A program made the translations under genes and the position numbers. From Tubiluchus corallicola (taxonomy: Eukaryota; Animalia; Priapulida), in contig JAQGDQ010000019.1 of NCBI GenBank assembly GCA_030141605.1, positions 62,001 to 126,000 of the forward strand: a stretch of 64,000 nt of DNA. The letters are read 5' to 3'. This document shows, piece by piece, positions 14,033-27,490 of this stretch (the first letter of the stretch is position 1; the number at the start of each line of letters is the position of its first letter). The notes beneath the pieces were generated by a model, which was not told the DNA's origin, made no database searches, and saw nothing but the letters and a program-made list of their open reading frames with translations.

Positions 14033-15500
14033 TTTTTGACCTCCGACCGATCGATAGCAGCTGACACAATATATTTGATTGTCTAAATGCCAATATTACT
14101 TCCATAACAAGACATGTAAACTTATAACTTTCTTCACGTGATACAAGTGAACGGAGAAAACCCATTTAAACTCACTAATCGGAAAATTTATGTCCGGAAT
14201 CCAATGATTCTTGCGTTTACGTGACGCCTTTGCACAACCAAGTATTTGAACAGAAGTTATTTTTTCAATTTTTCTCGAACTCTACCTCATTTCCTAAACA
14301 GAACGCTGTCTAGGAATCAATTTGGTGTTTTCTCGGTGATTAATGCTACACATCCCGCGACTTAAATTGCAATTTTAAGACGTAACACAGGTAATAAGGC
14401 GCAAACACAAAGTAAGTTGGACCATGAAGAATAATTTTGTTTGTCAGGAACGGGTGCATTGCAAGATATTTCTGTAATAGTTAGTTTCAATCTGATTGTC
14501 TCTTAAAAGTGGCTACTAGAATAGGAATGAGCTTGTTGATGGAAAGCAATAAATATCTAAATCAGACTGGTAAAATGCATTTCATGGATGATTAATGGCA
14601 AATCGTTCGCAGAACAGAAAGTTGTGTCTGTAACGGTCTAAACATTCACGAAAACCCGCAAACGACAAAAGGTCAAATTCTATTGCCCCAAAAGTTAGAA
14701 TTTAGACATTTTTGCCGACGAGAGTTTGAAACTCGGATTTCTATAGATGCGATACGTTTTGGCATTTCGTATTCCGAAAGAGTTTTCAAATTGTTTGTGG
14801 GTGCTTTGGTGGCCATGCCTTGGTGGGCGTAACTAGGTCTGTGACATGCAGACACACAGTTCTCAAATTTTTGGAAATTTGCGAATGCTGGATAGCTCGC
14901 ATGAAATGGTTTAACGATTCCATGAATTACCATGGAATTTCAACAAACGATACAGCACAGCTTAATATTTAAAATTAATGATGTAAAATTATAATGAAAC
15001 GTGAGGGCGCCGGAGATGATTCAGGGACAAAAAATCTAAAGTCGAATTTTCCCATGCATGGAATCTCCGTTGAAGTAAAAAGCACTAGTCTTGTTGAATT
15101 CTATGAATGAACACGAGACAAGTTTTCACGAGCGAAGCACATTCACAATTTTCGTTCTTGCAGCTCCTTTTGTCGGCTTTGTCATTTTGCTTATGAGGCT
15201 GCAATAACTCTTAAACAATACACGCGCATTGGCTTCAGTGACTTCTAGCAAATACGTCTAAGGAAACCACGTGGCACAGATTATGCATTTAGTTTTTTTA
15301 GTAATCAGGACTGTACATTTCATTTTTAGCAATTAAGACTACACATCTAGTTTTTTAGAGCAAAATTGGATAATTTCAGAAATACAACAGCATAACGTCT
15401 CAACATATCAGTTCTATCAGTTCTTGCGTATCTGGAAACTTCTTCGTATTAAACAAAAGACGCCTGCAGCTATTTATAATTTCCATTACGAAAACATTGA

Positions 15501-15902
15501 AATGCGCTCTCGTAATCAATGTAGGGGCGGAGACTACATAAGCCTGCATTAAGATGACAAGGTCTTAATTCATCAGACGTCTGTTGTGACAATGATATAG
15601 AGGAAACTATACATATGATTCTTACGAGCATTATGAGTACAGACTGAGTTTAAGCGTCGTGGATATTCTGACATAGAAAATTAAGAAAATGATATGCACA
15701 GATATATGAGGCATTGGTATGCGCATTATAATGCGCTCTCTTGATTAATGTAGGGTGGAGACAACACAAGTCTGCATTAAGATGACAAGGTCTTGATTTA
15801 TCAGACATCTCTTGTGCTAACGACACAGAAATAATATACATAAGTATTTTACAAACATTATGAGTACAGAAAATTAAAAGAGTGATATGCACAGAATCAA
15901 TG
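15501..15902. repeat. Diverged tandem duplication (period ~230 bp, two copies)
   Basis: aatgcgctctc..aatgtaggg..ctgcattaagatgacaaggtctt..cattatgagtacaga..tgatatgcacaga occurs at ~15501 and ~15730. Confidence 0.9.
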
Positions 15903-16360
15903 AATGATATATTAGTAAATATTTGAGTAAACAAGTATGAAATAATCATATCAATTTTATCATAACAACGATTTCATAAAGCCCTCTCTGAAGATCGCTG
16001 AACAATAAGTGCGTTTATTTTGTCTTACGTGAATAGCTTCTGGTCAATTTCTGTACAAATTTTTATGATTAGTTATACCATCTATACTCATGGCTTAGTT
16101 TTGACAGCAATAGATCGGTCATCATTCTCCCATGACAACTGAAACCATCCAAGCTACTAAATGCCCACACGAAAATCGATTTTATTCAGTTGAAGCCTTC
16201 GCAAGATTCGTGTCATTTTCTTCGGATTGGGTAAGAAAATTCACCACCGTTCGATTATATACGAGTTTCAGTTTAGACTGGATATTGATTAGCATGAAAA
16301 ATTGGATAAATGTAGATGGCTTTTGAAATTTCAAGAAGTGCGGTACTTATAAGTATATTA

Positions 16361-16406
16361 ATAGTATGCACTGCCTAGTACGGATTATCTAGGCAGTGCA
16401 TACTAT
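16361..16406. repeat. Perfect 18-bp inverted repeat with a 10-nt spacer
   Basis: atagtatgcactgcctag-tacggattat-ctaggcagtgcatactat. Confidence 0.95.
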
Positions 16407-18012
16407 GAATGAAAAGAACTAATCATTCTTTTCTTATACACTGAATATAATTACACTGGACCAATCTCTCTGGCAGAGTGTATTTTCCCAACTGTCTCAA
16501 AACGCTGTGCAATAACATCAAATTTCCAGGATCAGTGGCTCATGTAGGTTGGGTCTCAAAGCGTACCAACTGTTTCAAAACGTAAAAGAAAACCAAATGT
16601 CCAAGATTACTGAGCGTACGCGTCGGGTCACTTACATATTATGTCGGTCATTAACTTCGCATAATGATTGTCTTAATGTGGCTGGTGAGTGTGCGCATTG
16701 TATGCCTAATAATGATTCATGCAATTTGTACCCACACGTTCACACCATTAACACATACATGTTCCCGGAAATGACGCATGTCAGTCTAATGAGTCTAAGA
16801 AAGCCTAACAATGAATGTTTGCAGTTGCGAAATCCTGAAATTGGATATCAGGTAGATGCTGTCAAACGTTTCTCCTTCTCCTTCCCTCGGACAAATGTTT
16901 GTGAATACGTTCTCAGTTTACCATATATTGAAAAGGCTAGCCATTTACGGCTTCATATGGAATCGTAATAAGGTTTTCCACCTTTTCGTTATCACACGAC
17001 AGACGGAAAAAATGCCTAACAAACAGTCATATACTTCGAATGAACGACAGATATTGATAAGGCTGCAAATATGATTCAACTAAATAAAATTTGCACAATG
17101 TCTTACCAAGCATGTTGGGTCTAGTTTACAAAGGCGGGAAAATATGAATTTGACCAGACTATGATGTCGAGTAATGCGCAAGTACGCCATACCTCGAGGA
17201 AAACTGTTTTCTTATTGCTTACTCTGGTTGCTTGGATCTACCGCAGCGATCACTAATGAACATACAACTTTTCCTGAATAAGTCTGTAGATAGTATTACT
17301 TTGTGTTCTGCCTAATTACCCATTAAATGGACTGTCTATTCTATTTCTAACAGCCTTCTTATAAAATCACTATAATATAATAAGTTCCCAACCTGTATTA
17401 GACTGAGTCTAGTAAACTACCCAGCGCTATGTTATATCGCGGAGGCTCCTTAGTGAGGGTATCCAGAGGCTCACATAACTAGGTATGGTCTATTGTTATA
17501 TTATGTACTTGTAAACGTTTAATTTATAACGTAGTTTCTAGTAGATATACGTTTGTCATAGCATTTACTAATTTTACGTTACTAAAACGTAGCTAGGCCG
17601 CTTATTGTCAGTATATAGTAGACCGAGACTATTGTTATACTAATATAACTAAACTACTTAATCATCTCATTGTAAATTTCATTATGTGATTTTGCTTAAT
17701 AATTGTGCGCATATTTTAATCACCTATTCTTGATTTTTTGCTCAGCTAAACAATACAATCAAGTAAAAAGATGCAATACTATCAATTTCACGTTTATTTG
17801 GGCCTAGAACGAGGAGTAGGTTTTTGAATTTTAGAACCACTCTAGTCCCGATTTTTCGATAAAACAAATTTCAAAAATAAACAAACAAACCGCCGTTCCC
17901 GACATCTGACTTGATTATTACAGAAGCATAAATTTGAGATTCGAGATTAATCTGTTATAAGCTGCTTTCTGATGAAGATATCTGGTAATAATGACTGTCA
18001 CGAAGAGGAAGA

Positions 18013-18112
18013 AATGACGAAGATGATGTAACGAATGTGATGAACATGAGAACAATAACAATGATAGTAATGATGACGACGACAACGACGACGATGTTGA
18101 TGATGATCATGA
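18013..18112. repeat. Imperfect (GAT/GAC)n low-complexity repeat
   Basis: Directly visible. Confidence 0.8.
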
Positions 18113-20369
18113 CTGGTAAAAGAAAACTAGAACTAAACATAGATCGTAATTGCTACGTGATACATTTCGTCTATCAATACAAGCGGTTCTTTCGCGGCCC
18201 TTTCTTAACAACTATTGTATGCAATGTGTTTGCTCGTACGCCAAATTGACAAGATAAAATAAAGAATATGTTATACAGTGTTGTGTTATGTTATCCCACG
18301 TCATGTTACATTGTCATGTGGTGTCATGTGTGTAATGAAATGATCTATGTAGTTACATAGATCAGCGAATACTTAATGTCGATTCCTTTTCGGAATTGAA
18401 CTAGGATTCGTGTTTCACACTTCTAAAATACAATTGCTGACAAGGTGCAAAGTTTACTATCAAAATTTTCGCAATAAAGAATAGCATGTTGTGTAGTTAC
18501 AAAGTGAAAACAAAACAGCACGTTGCATCATCTCTATTATTATCGTTGTCGTCATTGCTGTCGTCCTCGTTGTCTTCGTCATCATGAATCATAGTTCTGA
18601 GAAAATTTCTTACCCACTATTAGTGACGAAACGATCCAGCATTTCTGCCACTTTGAAGAACGACAGCAGAAATCACAGCAAATTCTTGAGAAGTAACATT
18701 CCAAAATTGTTTCTTGTTAATAAATGTTATTAAAAAGCCGAACCAATAAAAAGGTTATAAATTTGGTTTTAAATATTATCGTATTCTTGCTGTAATAAGT
18801 TGCACTCAAAAGCACAACACACACACACACACGCTCACAGAGTCCAACTTAATGCTTTAAGCGCTTGATTTTCCCAGTTTTTTATGAACAGCATTTTATA
18901 CAGTCTTACGCTTTTATTTGTTTGAGTTCTAAGAAATTAAGAAAATTTTGAAATTTAGACTCGTTAATCAACAAAACGTGTTGGTTAGATAAAAACATAA
19001 CTACAGCTTGCGTATGTACAATGTTATTTCTCCAAGCAGTTTATCTTACAATCAGCAATAAAATGTTTCCCAGTTGCGGTTCCACGGCGAAATATATAGA
19101 GGGTGCAAAACCAGAAAACTTGAAAATACTAAGTAAAGACGCGAGACAATTACTATTAAGATAGGTCAAAAGAGAAAATCCACTATCAAAACCTGTTCAG
19201 TCAACTTGCAAAAAACGATGGATGAATTGCCTCAGTGGAGAAACCCAGGTTTTAGAAACGAATTATCTCAAGAAGGACCCTTCACGCCTTTCAACAGCCA
19301 ATAAACTTCATAAAACTATGCCGAGGAATTTGCCTTCACACGTGTGTATAATTGCGACAAGCTGCTAATGTGATCTAAACCTGAGATTTTCTTAGATGAG
19401 CTAGATTTGTGGTCTCGTTCTAGGAATCATGGATCGTAATTAGGTGCTATTATTAAGCTTTGAGGTGTTTATTAAGTACTAACGCAACGCAATACTACAT
19501 TTTGCAGATGATACCCATGTATGGTATGACGCACACAGAATTCTGGGAACTATTACATTTATGCAGTATTTGAAACACGGTTTGCCACCCACTCATCTTA
19601 AGTAAGCCAAAGTTGGATTAAGTTTTTGTAAAACGCGATTAATTTTGTTTATTGATCGTAGAAAAAAATTGGCAGAACTGTAGATGGGGATAGCGTACGA
19701 ATATTAAAATTCTCCGAAGGAGGCAGTCCTATGGTATGTGGGGTATGCAGGTAGCACATGAATAGAAAATTATCCGTTGGACATACAGTGGTGTGGTATG
19801 TGGAGTGTACGTATTTATTTTAGATTATATTTTTATTATTTAACTTGAAGCCTGTGCCGCTTAGTTGTTACTCAGCCCTAATACGCCAAAAATAAAAAAC
19901 AGGGACTAGAAAGCAGGAAGCTCCTAGCTTAGGTCCATTCACAGTTTTATGGAAACTTCCTTGCATTACTAAAAAGCGCATTAGGAAAGCAAGTAAGCTT
20001 GGGAATATCGTTCGCAATTTATGAATTTCAATTCAATTCAATTCAAATTTTTATTCTGGTAACTAGGACCATACGTAGTGGCTTCCTCTACTTTATTGTC
20101 GCATAAATGAATACAGTTTGGGTGATATTCTACAATATACGTTGACGTTGAATAGGTATATTAATTTCACTGTTGTGATAAAGTAACAGGCCATTATGAA
20201 TTTATGCTTCTATGTCACAGTCAGAAGTTAGCAGTATTATTTGCGTCAATTGCTTATCCTACGCACTATTTGTTTTTTCCAATTCCTGAATGAAGGTGAT
20301 CAGTATTATAGATGTTGCCAATTTAAAGAAAAAACACAAAACTAATTCACAAAAACAGAACGGACGTAA

Positions 20370-21212
20370 TATAGGTTTTACATGTCAAACGTAGACTTGC
20401 GTTAACTCAAAAGTAGATTTAGGTAATTCAAATGTGTCTTAGTAACTGAAATGTAGACTTTGGTAGTTCAAATGTATTAACAATGGTTTTCAAGAAATCT
20501 TAAGCGTTTTTGGTTAAGTCAAATGTAGACACATGTCACGTCAAATGTGACATTGGTATCTCAAATGTGGATAAATAGTAAATTTTAAGGATGTTAAATT
20601 TAATCTTCTTTAATTTCAATTTATAATTGCTCTTAAGTTAAAATAACGACGTTATAGGTTCACTAATATTCTGCAGACTTTACATACCATTGGAACTGTT
20701 AGAGAAAATAATACATTCTTAAAATAAACAATGTTTCTTGAGAGAAACTAATTCATTAATGCAGTGCTAATGCATCACTTAAAAAACTAATTAGTGATTC
20801 ACTGTTCATTGGGAAGTGTAAAACGTTGACAAATAAAATGTAGAATTGGTGTATATATTAATAATTGTATAATTGTTAACTTATTTATGTACAACACTTT
20901 TAAGTGTTCTTATCAAATAAACATTTTCTTTATATTTGAAAAATGTATTAACGTCCATACAAATAGTTTCAAAAAATTGATGCTGCCGATAGCACCATGA
21001 CCATAAAATATAATTTTAATTTGGTTTTATCTTTTTGTAATTTGCTACTAAATGAGTTAATTACCGATTTAGTCAAAGTACCGCATCTTCATTTGACCTA
21101 CCTAAGTCACATTTGAGTTACCAAAACACATTCGAATTTCTATGTCTACATTTGACTTACCTAAGTCACATTTGAACTTTCCTGTGTCTACATTTGACGT
21201 GTAAAACCTATA
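20370..21212. mobile_element. MITE/foldback element of about 840 bp with TIRs and inverted subterminal repeat arrays
   Basis: Left tataggttttacatgtcaaacgtagac versus reverse complement of right end tataggttttacacgtcaaatgtagac (2 mismatches); ~21-bp units tcaaatgtagac on the left and cacatttga/tacatttga on the right; TA at both ends. Confidence 0.88.
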
Positions 21213-22495
21213 CATAGATATACATAGTAGAACCTGTAAATGTGGAAGTCAGTTAATGTAACTCTAAATAGTAAATGTACGTATATCCAGGATTATACGT
21301 AAATTAGCAAAAAAACATAGTACGTTGAATTTTCTACCTTGGACTTTTGTATTGCAAACAAGAAAAGTAGCCGATAGATGGCGACAGTTTATAATGCCGC
21401 GTCTTGCTAGAGTCGCTAACTTAAATGAATTTGACGAGTACCGCCTTCGCCGCAACAAAAAAAGTCCATAACTTAAAAATAAAGGGAATTTTGGGCAGCT
21501 CACTAAGTGAGTAATTGTTGCAGATTTCACCAAGAACATCTTAGTTAAACTTGGAAGCGTACATTATTATGTTCGAAATGTTATGACCATCGTGAAGCCA
21601 AGTTTCTTTTGCGGCTCACTAGACGGCACCACAAAGCCGAAGAATTAGAATTAAGCGCCTTCATCAGAAACCTAGCCAGAAGCCTATGGTCTGAAGTTTA
21701 CGACCGGCAAACTTTTTAACAAAGACTCATGTAGTTTAATTCCTCTGAAGTCTGTGAACCTTTGTATTAAACTCTTGAATGAACAGCAAATGAACTGTGA
21801 CTGATAAATGAATGAATGGCGAGCTACATTAAAAAATTAGACGAGCGAATAGCTAAAAGGGTGAACAGATGAAAGAACAGAGAAATGATCATTGAATGAC
21901 ACAGTCATACAGGGTCTTGAAGATGTTTACCATTTTAGTTTTTCAAAATGAAAAAATCACAAAAAACCAGCGTACAGATGAAGTCCTGTAAATGAACCCT
22001 GGTAAACTAAATAGTGCCTTCGTTTCTTGAGCTCGGAGCGCGACACTTGCTTATACTGCATGGTAACCGAAAAGGAAATGTACAAGACACTAGAGTAAAT
22101 GCTTTTGCTTCATACAGATTCACATCTTTTTGATAAGTCTATCGCTTTGTAAGTTGACTTGAGTCTTAGATCTTAGTCTCAACCAGGGCATTGTCAACTA
22201 GATCTTTGACGATCAAACTACGTGAAGTCAAAGTCAGTCACGCAATTACGGCAAGCTTTCTGTAAGTCATTCGCTTAATGTTTAATCAGTTTAACTTACA
22301 GCAAAAAGCGAGGTCAACGTGTGAATTTATCGAAGAGAGTTAAGAGACCTTGGCAAAAAGTATTAATGGTTAATGCGGATGCTGTCGTGTGACCCTTGTT
22401 AATACTGCACATATTTGTGTTTTTGGCAATGTATTATGACTGTTAGTTTTGTATATCACACCTCGTTATAAGTGAATAAAACAAATAAAACTTAC

Positions 22496-22684
22496 GCTTC
22501 ACTGGCCACGGATGAATTGCGTGAAGCTGATTTATTTGGGGAAGCCATATCGAATTCGCTCTCCGACCGATAGAGGAACGACTCCCTCCGAGACGGCGGG
22601 AAGTTCGCCAACACCAGACCGGACCCTGGACTGATTCCATCCAGTGGGCTACGTCCAGGAGAGGCGCCATTTTCTACGTCAAAA
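22496..22684 (-). CDS. PDE4: PDE4 shared coding exon, first half of UCR1 ([62 protein letters not shown])
   Basis: Diagnostic long-form PDE4 motifs [14 protein letters not shown] and RRESFLYRS (UCR1 PKA site); acceptor tttgtttcag|, donor |gtaagt; 189 nt, phase 2-2. The tracked ORF 22443-22670 is a different frame of this exon. Confidence 0.97.
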
Positions 22685-23757
22685 CTGAAACAAAAAAGTT
22701 TGTATTAAATTTCTTGCAATATGCATAACATACCAAATCTAGCAACAAGTGAAATAAAGAGTGCGTATAATTTGTACATTAATACATAGAAGTATCTGGT
22801 AAATAGAAGAACCTCGCGTATATTACAGCCAAGTAATTAGACCCTATAGAGCACGTATTAGAAAGTTATTTAATTTTAAATACGAGCAGTATTTAAATTA
22901 CAGCAGCCACAACTTTCTGCGTGCATTTTCGATGCCTTTTAGAGAGAACCTTACATTACCTTAACATCGTTTTACAAAGTAAAGTTAAAGAAGGTTTTTA
23001 CGAAACGAAACGGTGCTCACAATAGTTGATTCGCGCGATTTCAATTGACTATTCCACAGTTTAACAATAATGTGATAACAGTTTTTGTACTTCGAGCTAT
23101 CCAGTCCAAACGAAATTAAACTTAAATGACATCAACACCACATACAAATAACAAAAAAAGACAAACAATTGCAGATCATACAATCTACAATGGTACACGC
23201 ATACAAAATTACCACTAAAGGAAAAGGGTCATCAAGTGAGTCACTGGGATAGATTCAGATTTCAGTCCCTACTCACTATCTTCAAACTCTCCCGGCGGGG
23301 ACCCAGTCACATTGACTGCTCAACTTTAGATGTTAAAGCGGTAACTACAGACGTAACACGTGACACAAAACACACACACAGAACATCAACGAAAACCAAC
23401 TACAACAATGACAAAAAGAGGAGAGGCTCCTACAACATGACCACAAAGCGACAGAAGGCTAGACAAATTTTCCATCACCAAAATCATATCAAGGTCAAAG
23501 CCACTTGCATAACTGAATACCAACCAAACTTAAATAAAAGAAAACGGCGACTTTAAAAAACACTTTCACAAGATTAAAGAAGACTCGTCTTAGAGACGGT
23601 TCGTTTGATTCCATATCCTCTCAAATGCTTTGATTTCAAAAATAAAGGCTCAAGTAACTGAGTCGACAATCAAGACGTATTAGCAATGCTTGATGTATCG
23701 CTATGGCGATAATCGCGGAAATTATGAAAGTTATATGTAAGCGATACAAAAGGCGCG

Positions 23758-24036
23758 TTAACAAAATGAATATAAAAAGAAATAATTAATTGCTTAAATT
23801 GGACTTAATACTCTTAGGCATTTAAATGAAAATCTAATGAAAACGTTGGGAACCTAATGAAAATATAGAGTATCTTTCATACATCATTGATTACCTTAAC
23901 AAAATGAATATATGAAAAGAAATAATTAATTCCTTAAATTAAGCTTCTTGTACACAATGGAAAATCAAGTGTCAACGTTGGAAACCTAATGAAAATGTAG
24001 TGCCTTTTATACATTATTGATTATCCATTGATTACC
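23758..24036. repeat. Tandem duplication (2 x ~139 bp) including a splice donor
   Basis: ttaacaaaatgaatata..aagaaataattaatt..aacgttgg.aacctaatgaaaat..cattgattacc occurs twice. Confidence 0.9.
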
Positions 24037-24196
24037 TTTCTCCTAGCCTTGGTAGTGAAGGCAATCGACTCATACTACGAATTTTTATCACTTTTCGTCG
24101 TTGCCATATTGGTTTCGAGCAGCACGGCAATATCTCTGGCGACGGAAAGACATTTCCGGGAGACGAAGCTGACGCGGGCGACAGCGGCGAATCCAT
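24036..24196 (-). CDS. PDE4: PDE4 alternative first coding exon candidate (MDSPLSPASASSPGNVFPSPEILPCCSKPIWQRRKVIKIRSMSRLPSLPRLGE[S])
   Basis: ataATGG start; 161 nt (53 codons+2) ending AAG|gtaatc; phase 2 fits the FDVENG exon 1.35 kb downstream; GC-rich island in an AT-rich intron. Confidence 0.72.
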
Positions 24197-27100
24197 TATT
24201 CGAAGACTATCCTGCCGGTATAGATATTTTGCACTTCATTTTTAAATGAGTATTAACCCAAGAATCAAACTCTGCACAGCATTTTGTTTTTAGTCTATGC
24301 TACTTAAGAATTATTGAATAAAATGTATCCTAGCTTAATCGCCAACACACGCCTTTCTCTAAGGTTACACAAGGACAGAATATTATCACTACAAAAGTAA
24401 AAACCTTTACAAATACGTTTTAATGAGGAGAAAAAAGTGCTATAACATCAATTTTGTTCTTTGTCATGTCTTCCGATGCGTCTAAAAATATATCTTGTGA
24501 TGATACGGTCTATATTCTACTGAAAACTAATACGCTTGTCAGATGCAATGTTTGTGTTAGTATCACTTTTGTATTTAATGATGGTTGATTAAGAAACAGT
24601 AAGCCTTGGATGAAAATTGGCCCCGGGCTTATGCGATGGAGAAAATGGATTAGCTTACTGCAACCAAGTGCAAGAAAACCCTCCCTTTCGAGTAGTGAGT
24701 TGCAATGTAGTATGTTTATTTTGAAGTCTGAACTTAAACATGATAGTACTACGTAACATGACGTTTTGCTCCTTAATTTATTAATTATTGTTCTGACAAA
24801 AAATTATTCTGTCAAGCAAAACTTGGCACTTGACTTCAAGTAGCAATTTTCAGCATTAAACGTATTTCCATCGGTTGCTTTAAGTTGGGTGCTGTTAAAC
24901 GAATGATTGCCACATAAACGCAAAAGAATTACAATTTAAAATAACCGAATCCTTTACTGTCATGATAGAAAGGTATTCAGTTTTATACCGTTCATCACAT
25001 TAAATGTTTTATTGCATTAAAATGATTAAAATAGCTGATAATGGCAGATTATGGTTCAGATGATGCCTATGGCTGAGATAGGATTCTGTAACATTCAGCA
25101 ACAAACTGAAAATTAAATTAATTCGTATTTTACGTTTGAAATGATATCTTTATTTGTTTTATACAATTGTAATTAGTAGTGTTCAGCAGTTTTATTTTGC
25201 CAGACAGTTTACATTTGCTTTACAGCGATTATAATCGCCCTAGTTTTTCCAAACCAAATTAGAAATATTGTGAACTTTTGATTAAAACACACAAGCAATA
25301 GCGGCCTAACATTACAAGAGCTTTTTGTAAAAAATGTGTCAGCATCCAGCAAAAAGCGCTGAAAATTAACTATATATAAAACAAGTTTGAATCTTTACTC
25401 CCGAAAAATAGGAAGAGGGCGATTGTAAAAAATAGACCGTCTGGAGAGTATCTACAGACATTCTTTTAAATTTTCCGAAAAAATTGAAATTCAGACTCTT
25501 CAGTTTTTCAAATAAAGTTGTTCAATATGCTACTTTACAAAATTTAACATTTTCTGCAAGTACAAGCAGGAAATATAAGAATGTTGAAGCAATAGCACGA
25601 TTCCAAAGATCATAATATTATACTAACATGATATCGCGGTTTGAACTTCTTTTGTGGCTTCTAGAATACTGCCTAATTGAAACTCGACGCTCGCCCATTA
25701 CAGCAGGTGAGAGCAGTTCATGTATTAATGCCACAAAGCCGATATGACGAATAGCATGGTAAATGATCTTATCGCCCTTTGGGGTAAATGAGCCTTCGCG
25801 AAGTAAGTGTTTTTACTTCTGGTCAGCAGAGGGAGTCACTGTCACTGAGAGGTAACGAGTCATGATGGCAAAGTTGAAATATTTTTTGAACCTCAACAGT
25901 AAATTTTGACAAAATTTTGCATTATGAAACAATCGCTGCAGTGTTATTTGATAAAAAAAATATGACTCAAAGTGATCAAGGTCACCCACGCCAGAATGCA
26001 AGAGCAAATTACCTATGTGAGCGTTGCAATTAAAACACATTAAAGCAAAATTTAAGTAACACAAAGTAGTCAGCGACCTTACTCGATTACTAACTGAAAA
26101 AAGACACTCAGAACGTTATAACGGATCATCAAAACTCGTAACTCGTTTATTCACTCAAAACCCTTAGGGTACGTACAATTATTTATGAAAACTATAAATG
26201 AAGTATTTCAATAAAAAATAACCCCAAATTAGGTATGTGAGCTAAAGATACAATGTATCTGCGACAAATCAAAATCAGACTGTGATCGCTTTGTTCCGTG
26301 AAACATATCACTGCAGCACGTCAGATGTGTAGCTGCCTAATCCCATGAACCGTGTGATCCCGTGAACCGACAACAGTAGACAAAAAACAGCGAAATGTCA
26401 TCTTGCTAATCATGCACAAAAAGCTCTTTAGGATAGATAATCCTCTGAGAAGAGATTAAACCACCAAACGTGCCTTGGACACAATCAGATTCAGGGTTTC
26501 TTCTTCATGTATAAATAAATTTTGTAATATCTGTTGTTGTTTAGTGTCTTTTGGCTGAAGATCAAGTTGGATGTTCGACTACGAGTGAATGTAAACTTTG
26601 TACCAAGACAAATATCTAAGACTGAATGGGCGTAATCGATGCGATTTAATACGTTAAAATCCATTGCAAAATACAGAAGGTTAAATGAAACTTTTTGTTG
26701 TGCATGGTTTAACTGAAAGGGCTTGTAGGTTCGACATTTTAGTGCCTGTAATTTCAGTGTTTGCAACCCGGGGCCCACTAGTGCCCTCTACACACGAGAG
26801 TACAGGCGCCAATCAATGCCCTTTTGACCCCTGTACTCTCGACACCAGCAACATGTAGAGTTGGACCCGCAATGAAGTTGAGTGTAAGCTGCATATTTGT
26901 CCACGTTAATGTAATAGACATTGCTTTGGATGTGGAAGTTGTCCAAATAACGGCTTTCTAGAAGATTACTGTGTGCAAGTCACACGATGTCCTTATAAAT
27001 GGAATGAAAAATGGGAGGAAAACCAGTTGAATGACAGTCAATTTATAAAATTCGGAAGCCAAGCGTTGACTACGTATCAAGGCGGTGTGTCTCATATGCA

Positions 27101-27406
27101 GGAAACGTCGTTAGAAGCCGGAAGAGCGCACGTTGAGGCACATATTAGATCCCTAAACTTGTGCAAATTGTGCCACTGAAGCTCAACCGAACATTCCCGC
27201 CGGGAAAACAGGGATAGAAACGTATTCAACAAGCGATTTCTGTGCTGAATTCTCGTAAATGTTTATAAGCTGCACCAATTTCCCTCGGGTTTTCATGACA
27301 GGTTGAGAATGAGCTGAAGGGGTGTTGCATGTATAGTGTAAGGATGCGTATGGAGCAAACAAGTAATTCCACGCACAGCCCATGAAAAAATATTGAAACT
27401 GAAATT

Positions 27407-27478
<72 letters not shown>

Positions 27479-27490
27479 CTCGTCTCTCCC
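27407..27490. repeat. (CT)n/(GA)n microsatellite
   Basis: About 30 perfect CT units. Confidence 0.97.

Noticed and set aside
16549-16968. 139-aa plus-strand ORF, the longest non-repeat ORF
   Set aside because: TTG start, no recognisable domain and intron-like composition.
20026-20060. (TTCAA)n plus tttatt, resembling a minus-strand LINE/SINE tail
   Set aside because: Too short, with no identifiable element body attached.
22443-22670. Tracked 75-aa [13 protein letters not shown]...
   Set aside because: Out-of-frame reading of the PDE4 UCR1 exon; the conserved frame is FDVENG...RRESF.
23271-23346. Minus-strand GC-rich block encoding PRRESLKI before a gtgagt donor, with an upstream acceptor-like tract
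   Set aside because: Stops in all frames from the acceptor, no usable ATG, and donor phase incompatible with the phase-2 UCR1 exon; at most a non-coding or poison exon.
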